Shown: positions 1 through 18,078, numbered from the stretch's first letter. The stretch: 64,000 bases of DNA from Salpingoeca rosetta (GCA_033442325.1 JAWQFM010000001.1:265376-329375); one strand, 5' to 3'. A program made the numbers and translations. Notes: generated by a model from the letters alone, not told the origin.

Positions 1-318
1 ATGGCGGTAATCTTGATCGCCTCAGCCTCCGGCAACGTGTGCCAGGACCCTTGCTCATCATCGTCTTTTTCTCCTCCTTCCTCTTGGTCGTCACCCTCCT
101 CATCCTCCACCAGCGTCAACACGTCTGTCCCGCTCACTACCAGCTCCTCGTCACCTTCGCCTTCGTCTTCACTTGGCGACGAGCTTTCCTGCTCCTCCTC
201 CTCCTCCTCGTCCAGGTCACCAACGCTCTCGTCATCCTCCATCACAAAACCGCCATCTTCCATGGTGATTGTGTGTGCGAAATGCGCTTGTGCCAGTCCT
301 TCCAGTGAAAGATGGACC
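1..318 (-). CDS. Partial gene running off the left edge; acidic N-terminal region of an unknown protein
   Basis: Open minus-strand frame after an AG acceptor near 319 reads VHLSLEGLAQAHFAHTITMEDGGFVMEDDESVGDLDEEEEEEQESS...WHTLPEAEAIKITA, with coding-like composition. No family recognised. Confidence 0.45.
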
Positions 319-330
319 TATCCCATGCAC

Positions 331-390
<60 letters not shown>

Positions 391-1337
391 TGTGTGTTTG
401 CGTCGCCTTCCAGTCTCTCCACTCCCCCCCCCGACTCCTCGTCTCGCGCACGACTTGGCGAATCCATGATCGCGTGTATGGACTGGACTGGACTGGACTG
501 GACTGGACTGATGCAAGGGCACGCATGCCTCACACACACACATACAACCAGACAAGCAAGCAAAGAAGCAGGCACAAGCAAGCAGGCAACTACAAGCGAG
601 CGAAGGAACATGTGCATACGCACACGCACGAGCGTGTGAAGCAGCACAGCAACGACGACAACGACGACAACGACGACAACACAACAACAGAGGGACGTGG
701 AAGCAGGAGAAGACGACGACGATGACAAGGGAAGGTGCAGAGCACGGCCGGTACCCACATAAGGATAACAGCGGGGAGAGAGAGAGAAACAACATCGCAC
801 AAAGAGAGGACAGCCAGCGCTCATTGCACACACACACACACACATCAAGCAAGGTGTGGAAAACAAGGAAGGGGCAGCAGAGATATGAATGGCACGCTAC
901 AAAAAGACAACAAGGTCAAGCCATCATCATCATCATCATCATCATCACTGAACGCCAGCACCGTGTCTGTGTCAGTAACACGAAAGGGAGGCCGGCCAAC
1001 AAGACACACGATGGCGACCAGAAGAACAGGTGGGAAGCGGAAAAGCACAAAAGAGTCAAATAGGTGACAAGCGACACAGGCAGGGGAGTGGGGAGGGGGG
1101 AAGTTGAACTTGACTTTCTGATGTGTGACGGGACAACAACGTAACATAAAACAAAAAGGCAAAACGGAAGGAGACTATTGGTGGCTCCTGTCGAGAATGG
1201 AAGAAGAAACTGGCAGTGCGTGAAGCAGGCAGGCAGGCAGGCAGGCAACCAACCGGCCTACCAGCTGACCAGCCAACTCGACCGACAAACCAACAAAGAT
1301 ATTGGACAGAGAGGGATGTGGCTGTGGTGGTGAGTGA

Positions 1338-4925
<3,588 letters not shown>

Positions 4926-5764
4926 TGTGACTGCCGAGACAATACGAAAACCGGAGATGGGCCAGGGGGGGGGGGAATGCAAACAGCAGGCGTGGCGAGG
5001 GCGAAGGGACATGGGGCATAGGGAGACGGGATGTCGTGAGATGGGAAGGGTCTGACAGCAGTTTAAGACGATTGTGCACACAGACACACACACGCACACA
5101 CACACACACACACGCACAGAGAGAGAGAGACACACACACACACACAGACACACACACACACAGACACACACGCACACGCAAGGCGCAGCAACAGCGAAAG
5201 CAAAACGTACAGGGTTTGTGTGTGTGTGTGTGGGGGGGGGGGGGGCTGGCTGGATGGGCGGAGATGGGGAAAAGTTGGAGGGGGTTTGACACAGCGTGTG
5301 AAAAAATCAAACGGAGACAACAAAAACCCAACACCAACAATAACTGCTACACCAACAAACAGAGGCAGCTGCGCGAGTCTGCTGCTGTGATGTGAGGCTA
5401 GAGAGGAAGGAAGGAGGCTGGGGGGGGTTGTCTGCTTTGGGCCCAAAACTGTAGTGATGTGATGTTGTGACGTCCGGTCAAGCACGCAAACACAAGACAC
5501 AGAGACGATGTCGCAGCTGGCTCGCTCAGCGATGATGATCCGGCGCGGTTTTGTTTGTGTGTGTGTGTGTGTGTGGATGGGAGGAGGGGGTCAGGCTTGT
5601 CTGTTGTGCTGCCGTGCGTGCTGCCGTGCTGTGCTGTTCTTTTGGTTGGCTGTCGTTCCGTTGAAGGCCAATGGTCAAGGGACTGAAAACAGGTACCCGG
5701 TACTCCAACACAACTATTTTTTATTGTTGGTATTAAAATACTTTTTATCCTGTCTGTAATCTGG

Positions 5765-5906
<142 letters not shown>

Positions 5907-6062
5907 AGGTGTGTGTGTGGGTGGCTGTCTCTCAGTGTCTGCTTGTGTGTGTTTGTGTGCGTGCGTTTGTGTGTGACTGTGTGTGGCTGTCTCTCGGTGA
6001 CTGCCTTGTCTGCCTGTGTGTGTTTGTTTGTGTGGCTGTCTCTCAGTGTCTGTATGCGTAGG

Positions 6063-7219
6063 CTACCGCGGCGTCGTTGAACGCGGTGCATACGAGTGGT
6101 GGCCACGGCCTTGCTCTCGTGGTCGCGACAGTGACCGTGGCCGCCGCGTGGGTGAGTACCCGTCCCTGCTGCTGCTTCTGCTGCTGCTGCGCTCACGATG
6201 CTGATGGTGCTGGTAGTAGTGGTAGTGTTGGTCACTGTCATGGTTGCGCTGGCGAAGGTTGTGGTGGTAGTGGCTGTCGGACGAGGAGCGCCGCGTCGGT
6301 GAACGGGCAGCTGCGTCGTCGGGGCCGTGAGAGCGAGCACTGCCTCTGTCGCTCCTGTTGCTGCTGCTGATCCTGCTGCTGCCCCTGCTGTGGCTGAAAC
6401 TGCTGCTGCTGCTGCTGCTGCTGCTGAGATTGCCGTGTGTGGTATGCTGCTGGCTGTGCTGTCCGTGGTGGTACTGGTAGCGGTGGTCATGTTCATGGCG
6501 AGGGGCCTCATGGCCGCGAGCGGCTGGCGATGGATACGAGTGCGACTGGCCCTCGCGCACCATGGAACCACTGCGAGCACCGCGCCCATGAGCACGCCCG
6601 CGTCCCCGCCCTCGTCCCCGTCCTCCTTCTCCTTGCGCGCCCAGCCCAGCACTGCTTCGGCCTTGCGCATTCGCCCGATCAAGCTCGCCAAGCTGCAGTC
6701 TGCGGTAGTCGTCCACATGCATGGACGGCGCACGCGAGCTCGCTCTGGTCGACGCCTCCCCGCGACCCGGGCGACGTGTTGCTGCTACTGCTGCTGCTGC
6801 TGCTGCTGCTGATGCTGCTGCTGCTGCTGCCGATGGCGGGCGGCGGGTGGATCGTGAAGACGGTGGTGGTGCACCTGGCTTGGTCACTGAAGACGATGAT
6901 GGCGATGGCGATGGCGACGATGACGATGGCCTCAGGTGTGTTGTGTCGCGGAACTTGAACCGCTGGGGGCCGCCTATGCCTTCCAGCCGCAGCGCTTCCC
7001 CGCTCGCCGTCCTGTCAGATAATGGGTGAGAGAAACATGTCAGAATTGTTTTGGCACAGTGACAACAAATGCAGCAGGGAAGATGGGGGAGAGGGAGAGG
7101 CAGGGACGGAGAGACAGAGAGACAGAGGTATGTATACATGTTTACAGGAGGCCCAGAGAGGAGGCGAAGAATCACGGCACAGTAATTAATATGCACACAC
7201 ACACACACGCACACACATG

Positions 7220-7251
<32 letters not shown>

Positions 7252-10200
7252 CACACACACACACGAGCGCACCGTGTTGGTGGGGCAGAGTCTGCGCTTG
7301 ATGAGAGCCTTTGGTTTCGGCGCGCTGCGTCTTGGCGTTCCTTCACTGCACGAAGTTCAATATCATAACGATCGTTCACAAACCGCGCTGTGGCCTCCAT
7401 GTCAATACACGCCGTCAGCGACTTAACCTTTTCTGGGCTGTTGTCGCCCGGCCAGTGTACGCTCTTGTACACGTACAGGGGAAACTGGTCTTCCATGCCA
7501 AGCAGCAACGGCTGCCGGTCCGCAATCACGTAACAAGCAGCAGGGCGCAGGCGTTCCAGCGCAGCACTGGTTGGTGTTGTACGGCCGTGTTCCAGGGAAG
7601 CATGGGTGGTGTATGCGTGAGTCCAACATGAAAACAACAACACGTGTTTGCGCTACACCTGGGCATATATATGCACGTGTGGGTGTTGTTGTGCGTGCGT
7701 GGCTAATGTCAAGGCTGATGACCAGCAGCATGACGCGCGTGCATGCATGCTCACCGAATGCGGGGATATGTGCACGCATTGGGGTCTTGAAACGGTCGGC
7801 CCTTTGCCCTCAGGCATGTCAGCGCGTTGTACGCCTGCAAACATCAACACAACAGATGCACACGCACTTATGGTGAGCAACACCAGCCGTAAATTCACAC
7901 ACAACACGCTCACACACACGCTCACAAACACGCTCACACATACACAACAAACAGCAAAACCAGCCAACCAAAACAAAACAAATAAAACGAAATAATGTAA
8001 ACACGAGAAGCAATCACAAGCAACACATTTCACAAAGCAACCCACCTGCTCCAGTTGGGCGCGGTCCTGCGTGACGTCGGTGGCGGCATCAGAGAGCAAG
8101 AGCAGTGCACTCTCCAGCACCTCGTCGTAGTCGTCATCGTCTGAATCTGTCGCGTGTAGCATCAGCCGCAAGCCTGTTCCAACCACCATCTCCACTGCAC
8201 TGCTCAGTGCGTGGTTGCCTGAGACGCCCAGGGCGTTGGTCGGGGCGTTAGTAGTGGCAGTGGTGGTGGTGGCGGCGGTGGTGGCGTGAATGGGTCCAAT
8301 CAGCCCGCACAGTGCAATCGCTCGCACGAGCAGCGGATGCGGGGTGGTCAGCGTGTCTTGTAGGCGATCAAGAAGACGTGTGCTCCAGCTGTGCATGCAT
8401 GCTTCGATTGCATTCGAGTCCGGCAGAAAGCTGGCTGACGCCGATGCTTCCAGTGACGCTGCTGGTGGTGGTGGTGGTGGTGCTCTCGCGTGAAGCAGTA
8501 GGAGGCAGTGCAGGTACGCAGCCGCCACCCGCGCGTTCTCGGCTGCACTACTTTCGTCCCCTTCACTGTCCTCTAACGCACCCGTGCCTGGAGTGCCTGT
8601 AACAGTGCCAACAGCAGCTTCACCAGCGCCCCCAGTTGCATTCAGAGAGGATGACACGGTGTCTCCACTGTGTTGTGCCCGCGTACCAAAGGCGGCACAC
8701 AGCACGGCCTGCAGCACGAGGCCCAGTGGCACGCTCGTGCCGTTCTCACAGGGTATCTCAGGAGCAAACATGTTCACCAGCGAAGCAGGTACTGGATGAC
8801 GCAGAAACGCGGACACGTGTGCTGGGGGAAGCGCAAGCACGATTCCCGACAGCAAATCAAGCGTCGCTGCCGCTGCCGCAGACTGTGGGTTGCGAAGCGA
8901 CAACGCCAACATGCACAGCACCAAGCACATGTTGTCCTGGGACACCACCACCGCCACCACCACGTCCTCCACGTCCTCCGCCTCCTCCTCTTGCTCCTGT
9001 TGCTGCTGCTGTTGCTGTTGCTGTTGTTGTTGGTGGTACGCGACAACAGGCGCGATGGCGCTCAACCAGGGGAGTTGGTGCAGCATATCCTCCTTGGACA
9101 CCATCAGATTGCCGTCTCCGCCCCACACGTCAAAGCCAAAACATTGAGGCAGTAGCTGGTGGCCACCACGCTTCTCCTCCGTGCAGGCACCTTGCTCATC
9201 ATGCTGCTTGTCACAGTTGTACATGGAATGCACAACACCTTCGTCATCATCGTCATCATCATCTTCATCTTCACCATCATCATCATCATCATCAGTAGCT
9301 GCACTGTCACTGCCACTGCTGTCGTCCCTGTCCTCGCTGTCATCATCGGTGTGGTCACTACCAATTTCACCACCACCAACATCACCAGCACCACCAGCAC
9401 CATCACTATCATCATCACCCTCTTCCATCTTCACGCCGCCCTGCTGCTGATGATGCTGCTGACTTTGTTGTCGTCGTTCTTGCTGGCGCTTGTGTGGTGC
9501 GCGCAGCCTTTCGAGTTTGAGAATGGTTGCATTGGAGAGGGATGGCGTCAGGGTGAACACAGCGCGGAGAAGAGCGTGCATGCAAACGCCTTCTGCACAC
9601 GCCGGCATCACCAGCTCCTGCACAGCGCATCTGTACGCATGCTCAACCTCGCGTTGAAGGAGCCGCACAGCCGCTGATGTGAGTGCACACGCGCACGGAG
9701 TCTCTTTTGTATCTGGGCGCGCGGCAGAAGAGGCCTGCAGGTGTGATTCTGCACGCACGCGAGAGGTGAACATGGACGTGGATGTGGAGGGGATGGAGGC
9801 GGAGGCAGATGGCAAGGTTGATGGCATGCTGGACGTAACAGTGGCAGTGGACGTGGAGGATGCGAGGAACAGCATCGTGCGTCGAAATAATACGAGCGCG
9901 GTGGATGACGTGGACTGCGTTGCCTTCATCAGCCGTCCAAGCAGCTGGAGCACATGGACATGGGGCTGAGCGTGCACCGCCAGAAGATGCTGCACTGCAA
10001 TGGCAGCAGCGGCCATATGTGCGCTGGCACGTGTCAACGCCCTCTGCTGCAGCTGCTGCAACATGTTCGACTCATGATCGGAGCAGGAGAATGTGGCGGG
10101 CGGAAGGTGGTTTCGCACAAGCGCGCACGCAGATGCATACAGCTGACGAAGGTGTGCCGTGCGCAGCGTCACGGGGTGCACGCCCGATTGCGCAAGCAAG

Positions 10201-13200
10201 CTCAGTGGCTGTTCCGTGCACACAAGCTCATTCAAGTGCAGGAAGAACACGGCGAGGTTGCGTGCATCCACGTGATGGCGGCTGTTCGGGTGGAGGCGGC
10301 TCAGCAGCAGCGCCAGCACATCACACGCCTGCTGGGAAATGGCAATCAACACACACTGGTCGAGCTCTCGCTGTTCCAAGCAGCGGCCAGCACTGCCGCC
10401 GCTGTTATCGCCACCACCTTCTCTGCTGCTACGTCTTTCCTCTCTCCTCCTGTCTTCAGCCCCGCTTCCAGTAGATGCATCAAGATCACTCCAGCTTCTG
10501 CGGCCTTTGTCGTCTCTGGAACCGGGGCGGTGCCGTGGTGGCGACTGCCGCTGGTGTCGTTGGTCGTGGTGGCGATCGCGACGGTGGCGCGGGTTGTGCT
10601 GGTGGCTACGGTGACCACTACCATCGCCACCCCCTCTCTCATCATCGTCCGCACGGCGACCACTTGCCCGCCTGCCATCACGACCGGTGTTCCGCTCATT
10701 GCCGCGTTCATCGCCATCGTCATCATCGTTCTCTGCTCTGTCGTTGACGTGCACAGCCAGCGCCTGCATTCCGTATGCAAGGGCGGCGCAAATGTCGTGT
10801 GGCGCGCGCTCAACCACGAGCCCCAGTCGCGTGTCGGGCGGGAATGATGATGGCGCAGCGCTCTGCAGCCATGCGCGCACACGTCGCAGGCGATACAGCA
10901 GTGCCAGGTGCTGGCTGTCGGATGCGTGCCTGCTGTGTGCACCACGTGACGCCTGGCTGCGGCACCCGTGTTCGCGCGCGCGGTGCCGGCTGTGCTCGTG
11001 GTGGTGATACTGCTGGTACTGGTGCGACGATGCACCTGAAGGGTCGTTGTCGAGGGCTGACGGGGACAACTCATTGACGAGGGAGCCAATGGACCGAATG
11101 GTGCGCAGTAGATCGCCGGGTGTTGATGGCGTGGGGACAGCCCACTCAAGCAGCTCCTTCACAACATCATCGCTTCGTCGCGACTGCTTGAGAATAACAG
11201 CGAGCGACGCGGCATGGGCAGACGCCGCCGTGCCTGCCGGCAGCTCACGCGCACACATGAGCACAATCTTCTCGCACAGCAGGCCAAACACAGCCAGCGT
11301 CCCAACGTACGCCTCTTCCTCACTCGCACTGTCCTGAGCGTTGGCATTGTGGGCTGGCTCGTGACTGCCGTGGTTGTGGTTGTGGTTGTGGTCGCGGTGG
11401 TGGTGATTGCGGTGGGAGCCAAGCTCCTCCTGCCAAAACGCCTCCGCTGAACGCCACGGGCTGCGGGCATTGCCACTCGATGTAGAGTCAGCACGAGGGC
11501 GCCCGAGCTGCCTGCTGTGAGGTTGTGAGGTGGGGGAGGCGTGTTGTGCATGTTGATCGCGGGGGTTACGGCGTGTGTCACCACTACTGGCGTGCCCGTT
11601 GCCCCCAGCGTGACGGCGGTGGCGTGTGCTGTCTGTGGCAACAGCATCATCATCGTGATTGCGGTTGCTGCTGCGCAGTTGCTCAGCGTGGAAACCCTCC
11701 ATGCGCCGGAAACAAGCCATGTACGCGCACAGCAGCCAGTCCACTGCACCGAGGTAATGCAGTACTGTCGCCAGCGTGTGCTGGTGCGCGTCCGTCTCCA
11801 CAAATGCGTATGTGTTGCGCAGGGCGAGCAGGAGCGCGTGTGTGGACACGGCGTCGCTGCCAATGTCAAACACGGCGTGCACGGGGCGGTGGGCCATGAG
11901 CGTGTCAGCCAGCATCACGCAGTGCAAGTGCTGCGAGATGAGCATGGCCAGCGCGGTTGGCGGGCATGCGATTGGTGGCGGTGGCGACGGCTCTCGTGAG
12001 AGCGCATGTGGCGGTAACGTGGGCAAGGACGGTGCAGCAGCAGTCGGGGCTGGAGCATGGCTGCTGCCACTGGTGGTGGTGGTGGTGGTTCCGTGTGTGC
12101 GGTGAGATGAGGTCGTGTTGCTGGTGCTGCTTCCGCTACCGCTGCCATTGTGGGTTGAGTTGGCGGTGTCAGCGAATGGTTGTGGCGCACCCTTCCACAG
12201 GCACCAGCCAGCTGCCGCATGTGCATCACGCATGCACACGTCACGGGCGCCAAGCAGATACGCGTGCGGCGGCAGCAGCGTGGTGATGTCGTTGTCGCCT
12301 CCTTCAAAGTGCAGCTGGTCGCCAAGGGCCCTCAGCTGCACCACAAGCACGCGGACCACGGGCAGATGGCGTGCAAGATAGAGCAACCCTTGCCGTGAGC
12401 GCAGCAGCAGCAGCAACAGTGTCTTCATGCGGTTGTAGGCATTGGCAGCGGCCACATATGGCACGTCCTGCACACGCCACGCCCCGCCGATGCACGAGTC
12501 CGTCGTTTGAGAACGCGAGCCATTACTTGCACTGCAACTCCTCCTGTATGCATTGCAGCCACTGTTTGGATCACGACTGCTGTTGTTACTGCCACCGCTG
12601 TTGCTGCCACTGGTGCTGTCGCTGTCGCTGTCGTGAGGAACGCTGCCACTCGCCAGATCTTCCTGCTCGTGCTCGAGCACGCTGTCGTCGTTGCTGTCCT
12701 CCGCCTCCTCAAGAAACGCGGCCAGCGAGCTCGTGAACTGTGTCAGCTTCGCAAGCAGGCCCGTGCTGTGCATGAACAAAACGCACTCGTCGCTAATTGC
12801 AGGCACACCTGCTGGCAGAGATAGCGATGGTGATGCTGGTGCTGGCGGTGGTATTTGCGGTGCTGGTGGTGGTGGTATTGGTGGTGTTGGCAGGGGTGCT
12901 GCTGCCGTGCGTATCCTCGTGTGTTCGCCGTAAAGGTGCTGGCACAGCTCATGCAACGTAGTATACCCAGAGCTGGGGCTGTCGAGCTTCCTCTCCATCA
13001 GCACAAGCAAGCGTGCAAGCCTCAGTGCTGCTTCAACGTCCCGCGTCCACTCCTGCTGTCCAGCATCGTCCGTGGTGATGATCGTTGGTGCTTGTGTGCA
13101 CAAGTGCTGCAAGAGGGACAGCCATGTTTCGCTATACTCGGTCGGTGGCGTTGCTGCTGTTTGTGGCGGCGTTGCTGCTGTTTGTGGCACCGCTGCTGAT

Positions 13201-14327
13201 TGTGCTGACTGTACGGTTGGTGTTGATAGCGTGGCTGCAGCATGGGTGGGAGAGACGGCGGTGGTGGGAGTTGCGTGTGTCAACTTGGCTCGCTTCGCTG
13301 TTGGCGGGCCATCCTCGTCGTCGTGGCCGTCATCGTGGCCGTGGCCGTCGCCCTGCTGAACGGCTTGCTCGGCCGCGGATAGATGCTGTGCATGCACCCG
13401 ACTGCTGCTGCTTCTAGTGCCGGGCGACATGAGCTGTGCCGAGCGTGAGTCAATGGGCAGTAGCAGGGTGCGGGCACCAGAGATGGTGCGTGCTGCTTCG
13501 TGCAGGATTTTGGCGCCAATTCGACGGAAGCTGGTCGCCTCGCCCTGGATGAGTGCAACGGCACACGCGAGGGCGCCGTGGTTGATGAGCGTGCCGGCAA
13601 CGGACAGGCCAGAGCTCAACAAAGCTGTGGCGAGAGCTAGTCCCATGGTGATGCCGTTGCTGAGGATGGCGGGTCCCAGGTGTGCATATGAAGCTGGCCG
13701 AAGGCTTGCCAAGCACGCAGTGCACAGGATGGTCTCCGCGCGCTGCAAGAATTGGGGTATCGCAGCTGCAGACGTGCTGGCAGTGCTGGCAGTGCTTGTT
13801 GTGGGGTGGCCTGCATTTGAGTCGGGAGGCTGAGCGCGGATGTGCTGAGCTGCTGCTGGAGATGGTGGTGCTGCTGCCAGTACACCGGGAACGTACAGCC
13901 ACGGCAGCCCAGGGTCGATGGTCTGGGAGACGGTGCGAATGAGCTGCAGCTGGTGCTTTGTGAGGTGATCCGGGAGGCTGCGAGCATCGATGGCTGGCTG
14001 CATGCATGCTTCCAGGGCTTGCAGTGCAGCGTAGAGCTTTTGTCCCGCTTTGATTGTCTCGGTGATTGTCGTCTGGCTGATGTTGGTGGCAGCCACGCGC
14101 CGAGGGACACCTGCATCCACGGCGCCCTCACTGCCAGCGTAGTGAGCCGTTAGGGCATCGATGAGCGGCTGGCAAGGGCCGTCGCCGACAAAATAGAAGG
14201 AACTTGGCGTCCTCAGATCTGCTGGCTGTGCTGGGTTTGAGTCTCGCAGCACGCTGTCGAACACCTGGCCCGTTGCCGGTCGCGCCGCAGCTGTTGGCGC
14301 CAAACTGGCAGCATGGCGCTCATCCAT
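6063..14327 (-). CDS. Large virilizer/VIRMA (KIAA1429)-like protein, putative m6A writer-complex scaffold; first exon about 6.3 kb, then 3 or more smaller exons
   Basis: A 2224-codon ORF with helical/ARM-like stretches interspersed with low-complexity inserts. The last exon contains STRASSRAPSMHVDDY, matching the virilizer C-terminal motif (SRPPSMHVDDF), followed by RG-rich and RS-rich tails. The start codon is uncertain. Confidence 0.65.
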
Positions 14328-14712
14328 TCCTCTGCTGCAAACAGTGTCAGCAGTGCAAGGGTGGGACTACCAGCCAACTTGTTTCCCCTTTGTGTGTCAT
14401 ACGTGACAAAGGAGCGTACTGCAAAAGGACGGGTGCTGTGTGTCGCGGGTGTTGCCAGGTGTGTGTGTGTGTGTGTGTGTGCATGGACTGCGTGGGCCAA
14501 GTCCGTCACGTGCTGCCAATGCTGGAGCGCGTATTGTTGGTGTGCTGTTGTGGTTGTGTTCATCAAAAGTCAAATTTGCCTTGCCTGCAACGGATACAAA
14601 CAGAGGAAGCAAGCAAGCAAGCAAGCAAGAAGCAAAGGAGGACACCAGCTCGCACCAAGCACAAGCCAGAGCAAGCCAGAGCAAGCGAGAGCAAGCAAAA
14701 GAAGGTCACACC

Positions 14713-14865
14713 ATGGCCCGCTGCGCGCTGCCTGTGCTGTTGCTGAATCTCAACTGCGAGATGCTGTATGTGATTGAGGAACGACTTGTTGCACAGGGTG
14801 TGGATGCAGAGAAATCAGCCAGAGGTGCGTTGCTGTTTGATGTGCGGTGGTGTATGTATTTGTTG

Positions 14866-14900
<35 letters not shown>

Positions 14901-17822
14901 TGCCTGTTTGTGTGTGTGTGTGAGTGTGAGTGCCTGTTTGTGTGTGTGTGTGAGTGTGAGTGCCTGTTTGTGTGTGTGCGTGTGAGTGCGTGTGTGTATC
15001 TGTTCGCATGATGCTTTGTGGAGTTGTGGTTGGTTGTTGGTCACAGGTGACTGCCTCGCTTTCAACCCACATGTGCATGCGCACAACTACCCTTTCACAC
15101 ACACACACACGCGCGCACGCACGTTAACAAACACCAACACAAAACATCGCTGGCATGCAGTCCGAAGTGATCTTGTGACGGCCATGTTTGATCGTGAGTT
15201 CATCGAGACGCTGTTCAAGCCACAGCCAATGTACGACCAAGCACAGCTCATGTCCATGCTGGACCACTTTTCCCAAGCAAGCATCATTCGCCTCAATGCC
15301 AAGAGCTTGTCCAAGGTGCTAGACTGGAGTCTCGAACGCTCATGTCATGTGTGCGAGATTCCGGATGCCATTATTTGAACCAGTGCATTTGTGTGCATTT
15401 GTGTTCCTCGCTGATTGCTAGTTTGTGTGCGTTGCTTGGTGCTTTGTTGGCCCTGTGATGTGACAATATGACATTTGACATTGCCCTGTGATGTGACAAT
15501 ATGGCATATGCCATTGACTGACCGCCGTCGCCCCCTGCACCTATCCATCCTTGATCGCTTGCAGCTGTTTGACTTGATGATCATGACAGTCAAGTATCAA
15601 TTCTCCTTATGCAAGTGCGCAAAGGAGATGCTTGCAGTGACCCTGACCCATCTGGAAGTGGTGCATGACACACTGCACCTCTCCCAGTCGTGCCAGCAGC
15701 TTGTTGAACACACCATCAACCTGGTCAAGGAGGTGCGCCCCATGCATGCGTCTGTGTGCATGCGTGTATGTGTTGTGTGCGTGTCAGAGGTTGTACATGT
15801 GCGCGTGAGAGGTTTTGTGTGCGTGTGAGAGTTTGTGTGTGTGTGTGTGTGTTTGTGTGCATGTGCAAATGCTTGTCCTCATGTTCATCCTGTTATTCCA
15901 TGTGTTACATCCTCGCATGCTTCCATCCAATCCATTTGTGGACTGGGCAACCGCCAGCGGTACGGCAGCTTGAGCACGGGCACGTGGCAGAGGATTCGGC
16001 ACGTCATCGGCTGCGTTCTTCAGGACAAGCACACACGCGTACGCTCTTGTCGTTTATCTCATTTCATTTAGCAGGCGGTGCAAAGAAAGTACGGAAACTG
16101 ACAGGTGTGACTGCACATTCCTTTCCTCACAGCTTGCACATGCGCGCATTGTATTGTGTTTCTGTGCGGGGGGTGTGTGTGTGTGTGTGTGTGTGTGCGG
16201 GGTACTACGCTGTGGAGAAAAAAAAATAAACAATTAAAATCCCCATGGGGGGGTTAAAAAAAAAAANNNNNNNNNNNNNNNNNNNNNNNNNNNNNNNNNN
16301 NNNNNNNNNNNNNNNNNNNNNNNNNNNNNNNNNNNNNNNNNNNNNNNNNNNNNNNNNNNNNNNNNNNNNNNNNNNNNNNNNNNNNNNNNNNNNNNNNNNN
16401 NNNNNNNNNNNNNNNNNNNNNNNNNNNNNNNNNNNNNNNNNNNNNNNNNNNNNNNNNNNNNNNNNNNNNNNNNNNNNNNNNNNNNNNNNNNNNNNNNNNN
16501 NNNNNNNNNNNNNNNNNNNNNNNNNNNNNNNNNNNNNNNNNNNNNNNNNNNNNNNNNNNNNNNNNNNNNNNNNNNNNNNNNNNNNNNNNNNNNNNNNNNN
16601 NNNNNNNNNNNNNNNNNNNNNNNNNNNNNNNNNNNNNNNNNNNNNNNNNNNNNNNNNNNNNNNNNNNNNNNNNNNNNNNNNNNNNNNNNNNNNNNNNNNN
16701 NNNNNNNNNNNNNNNNNNNNCAGTTTACATGCACATGCGTGGCATGTGTTCCCGCACACACACAGGCACATATACACACACGCGCCCACCAACACACACA
16801 CACACAGGCACATATACACACATACACGCCCGCCAACACACGCGCAGACGATGCGTGATTATCTTCCTGTCAGTTTGGCTCACATGGCGTGCGCGTGTGC
16901 AGACTGCGCTGCAAGGGCTCAACTTGCTGGCGCGACTGGTGGGCGGCAAGAAGGAGGCCAAGCTCTTCCCGCTGCTGCTGTTCTCCGCACACGGCGGTGG
17001 CGATGATGAGGATGACGACGACGATGTGCTGGACGTCGACGATGTCGACGCAAACGCCAGCTCAGATGCACTCACGTGGGTGGGCTAGCTTTTCCCTTTT
17101 GCGCGCGTGTGTGTCTGTGTCTGCGTCTGTGTCTGTGTCTGTGTGTAAGTTGAAGGGCTACCACTGCTGCATTGTCTGACCTGTTTTGAACTTGGTTTTG
17201 TTGGAATGCATGGTAGGCTTGGCGGGACACACTCTGTGCTTCACGTCGAAGCATCAACGGGGCGCCAAGGTGCGTATATCGCTTGCGCGCGCGCATGTGT
17301 GTGTGTGTGTGTGTGTCTAGCTAGCTCCCTCGCTCAACGCCAAACTTCTTGCTGCTGCACTTTGCCTGAACACTGGCATTTTATATATACAAAAAAAAAA
17401 CACCCCTGCATGTAAGCTCGCACTGACGAACCCACACATACACCCCGNNNNNNNNNNNNNNNNNNNNNNNNNNNNNNNNNNNNNNNNNNNNNNNNNNNNN
17501 NNNNNNNNNNNNNNNNNNNNNNNNNNNNNNNNNNNNNNNNNNNNNNNGCGCCAATGCCCGCTAGCAACCCATGCATGACCACAACCACAACCACAACCAC
17601 AACCACGACCACGACCGCAACTCCAAACACGACAACGACGGCATCCACCATGTCAATGGATTCCTACATTTGGCACAGGGACCCCGTCTTCGTCTTCTAC
17701 GTGAGTAATGGTCATGGTGCGGTGGTGGTGGTGGTGGTGATGATGGTGGTGGTGGTGGTGATGATGATGGTGCTGCTTCTTTTCCTGTGTCATCATCGGC
17801 GTCATCATCATCACCAGCACCA

Positions 17823-17915
<93 letters not shown>

Positions 17916-18078
17916 CACATACACACACGCACGCACACGCACAGAACTGCGCGATATGATGAAGGACTTTGATGATGCCGATGATGATGACGACACGAGC
18001 GGGAGCAGGAGGAGGCCGCGTCACGCAAGCGACACGGGTGCAGGGGATGACTTGCTTGCCATGATGGATGCCCTTTGA
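14713..18078 (+). CDS. OSCP1: Organic solute carrier partner 1 (OSCP1/NOR1) homologue; multi-exon, spans two assembly gaps
   Basis: Spliced MARCALPVLLLNLNCEMLYVIEERL..., ETLFKPQPMY, SQASIIRLNAKSLSK/LFDLMIMTVKYQ, GLNLLARLVGG and C-terminal GDDLLAMMDAL are all typical OSCP1 motifs. Confidence 0.9.
16267..16720. other. Assembly gap (N run); probably hides OSCP1 exon(s)
   Basis: N run, preceded by low-quality-looking homopolymer sequence. Confidence 0.99.
17448..17547. other. Assembly gap (100 N)
   Basis: N run. Confidence 0.99.
17548..17772 (+). repeat. About 225-bp exact direct copy of 20851-21075 (a TMEM175-like exon end plus intron start)
   Basis: Identical sequence gcgccaatgcccgctagcaacc...ttctacgtgagtaatggtcatgg... 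at both positions. Confidence 0.93.

Noticed and set aside
16200-16266. A-rich stretch resembling a poly(A) or retroelement tail
   Set aside because: It is immediately adjacent to an N gap and looks like low-quality read end.
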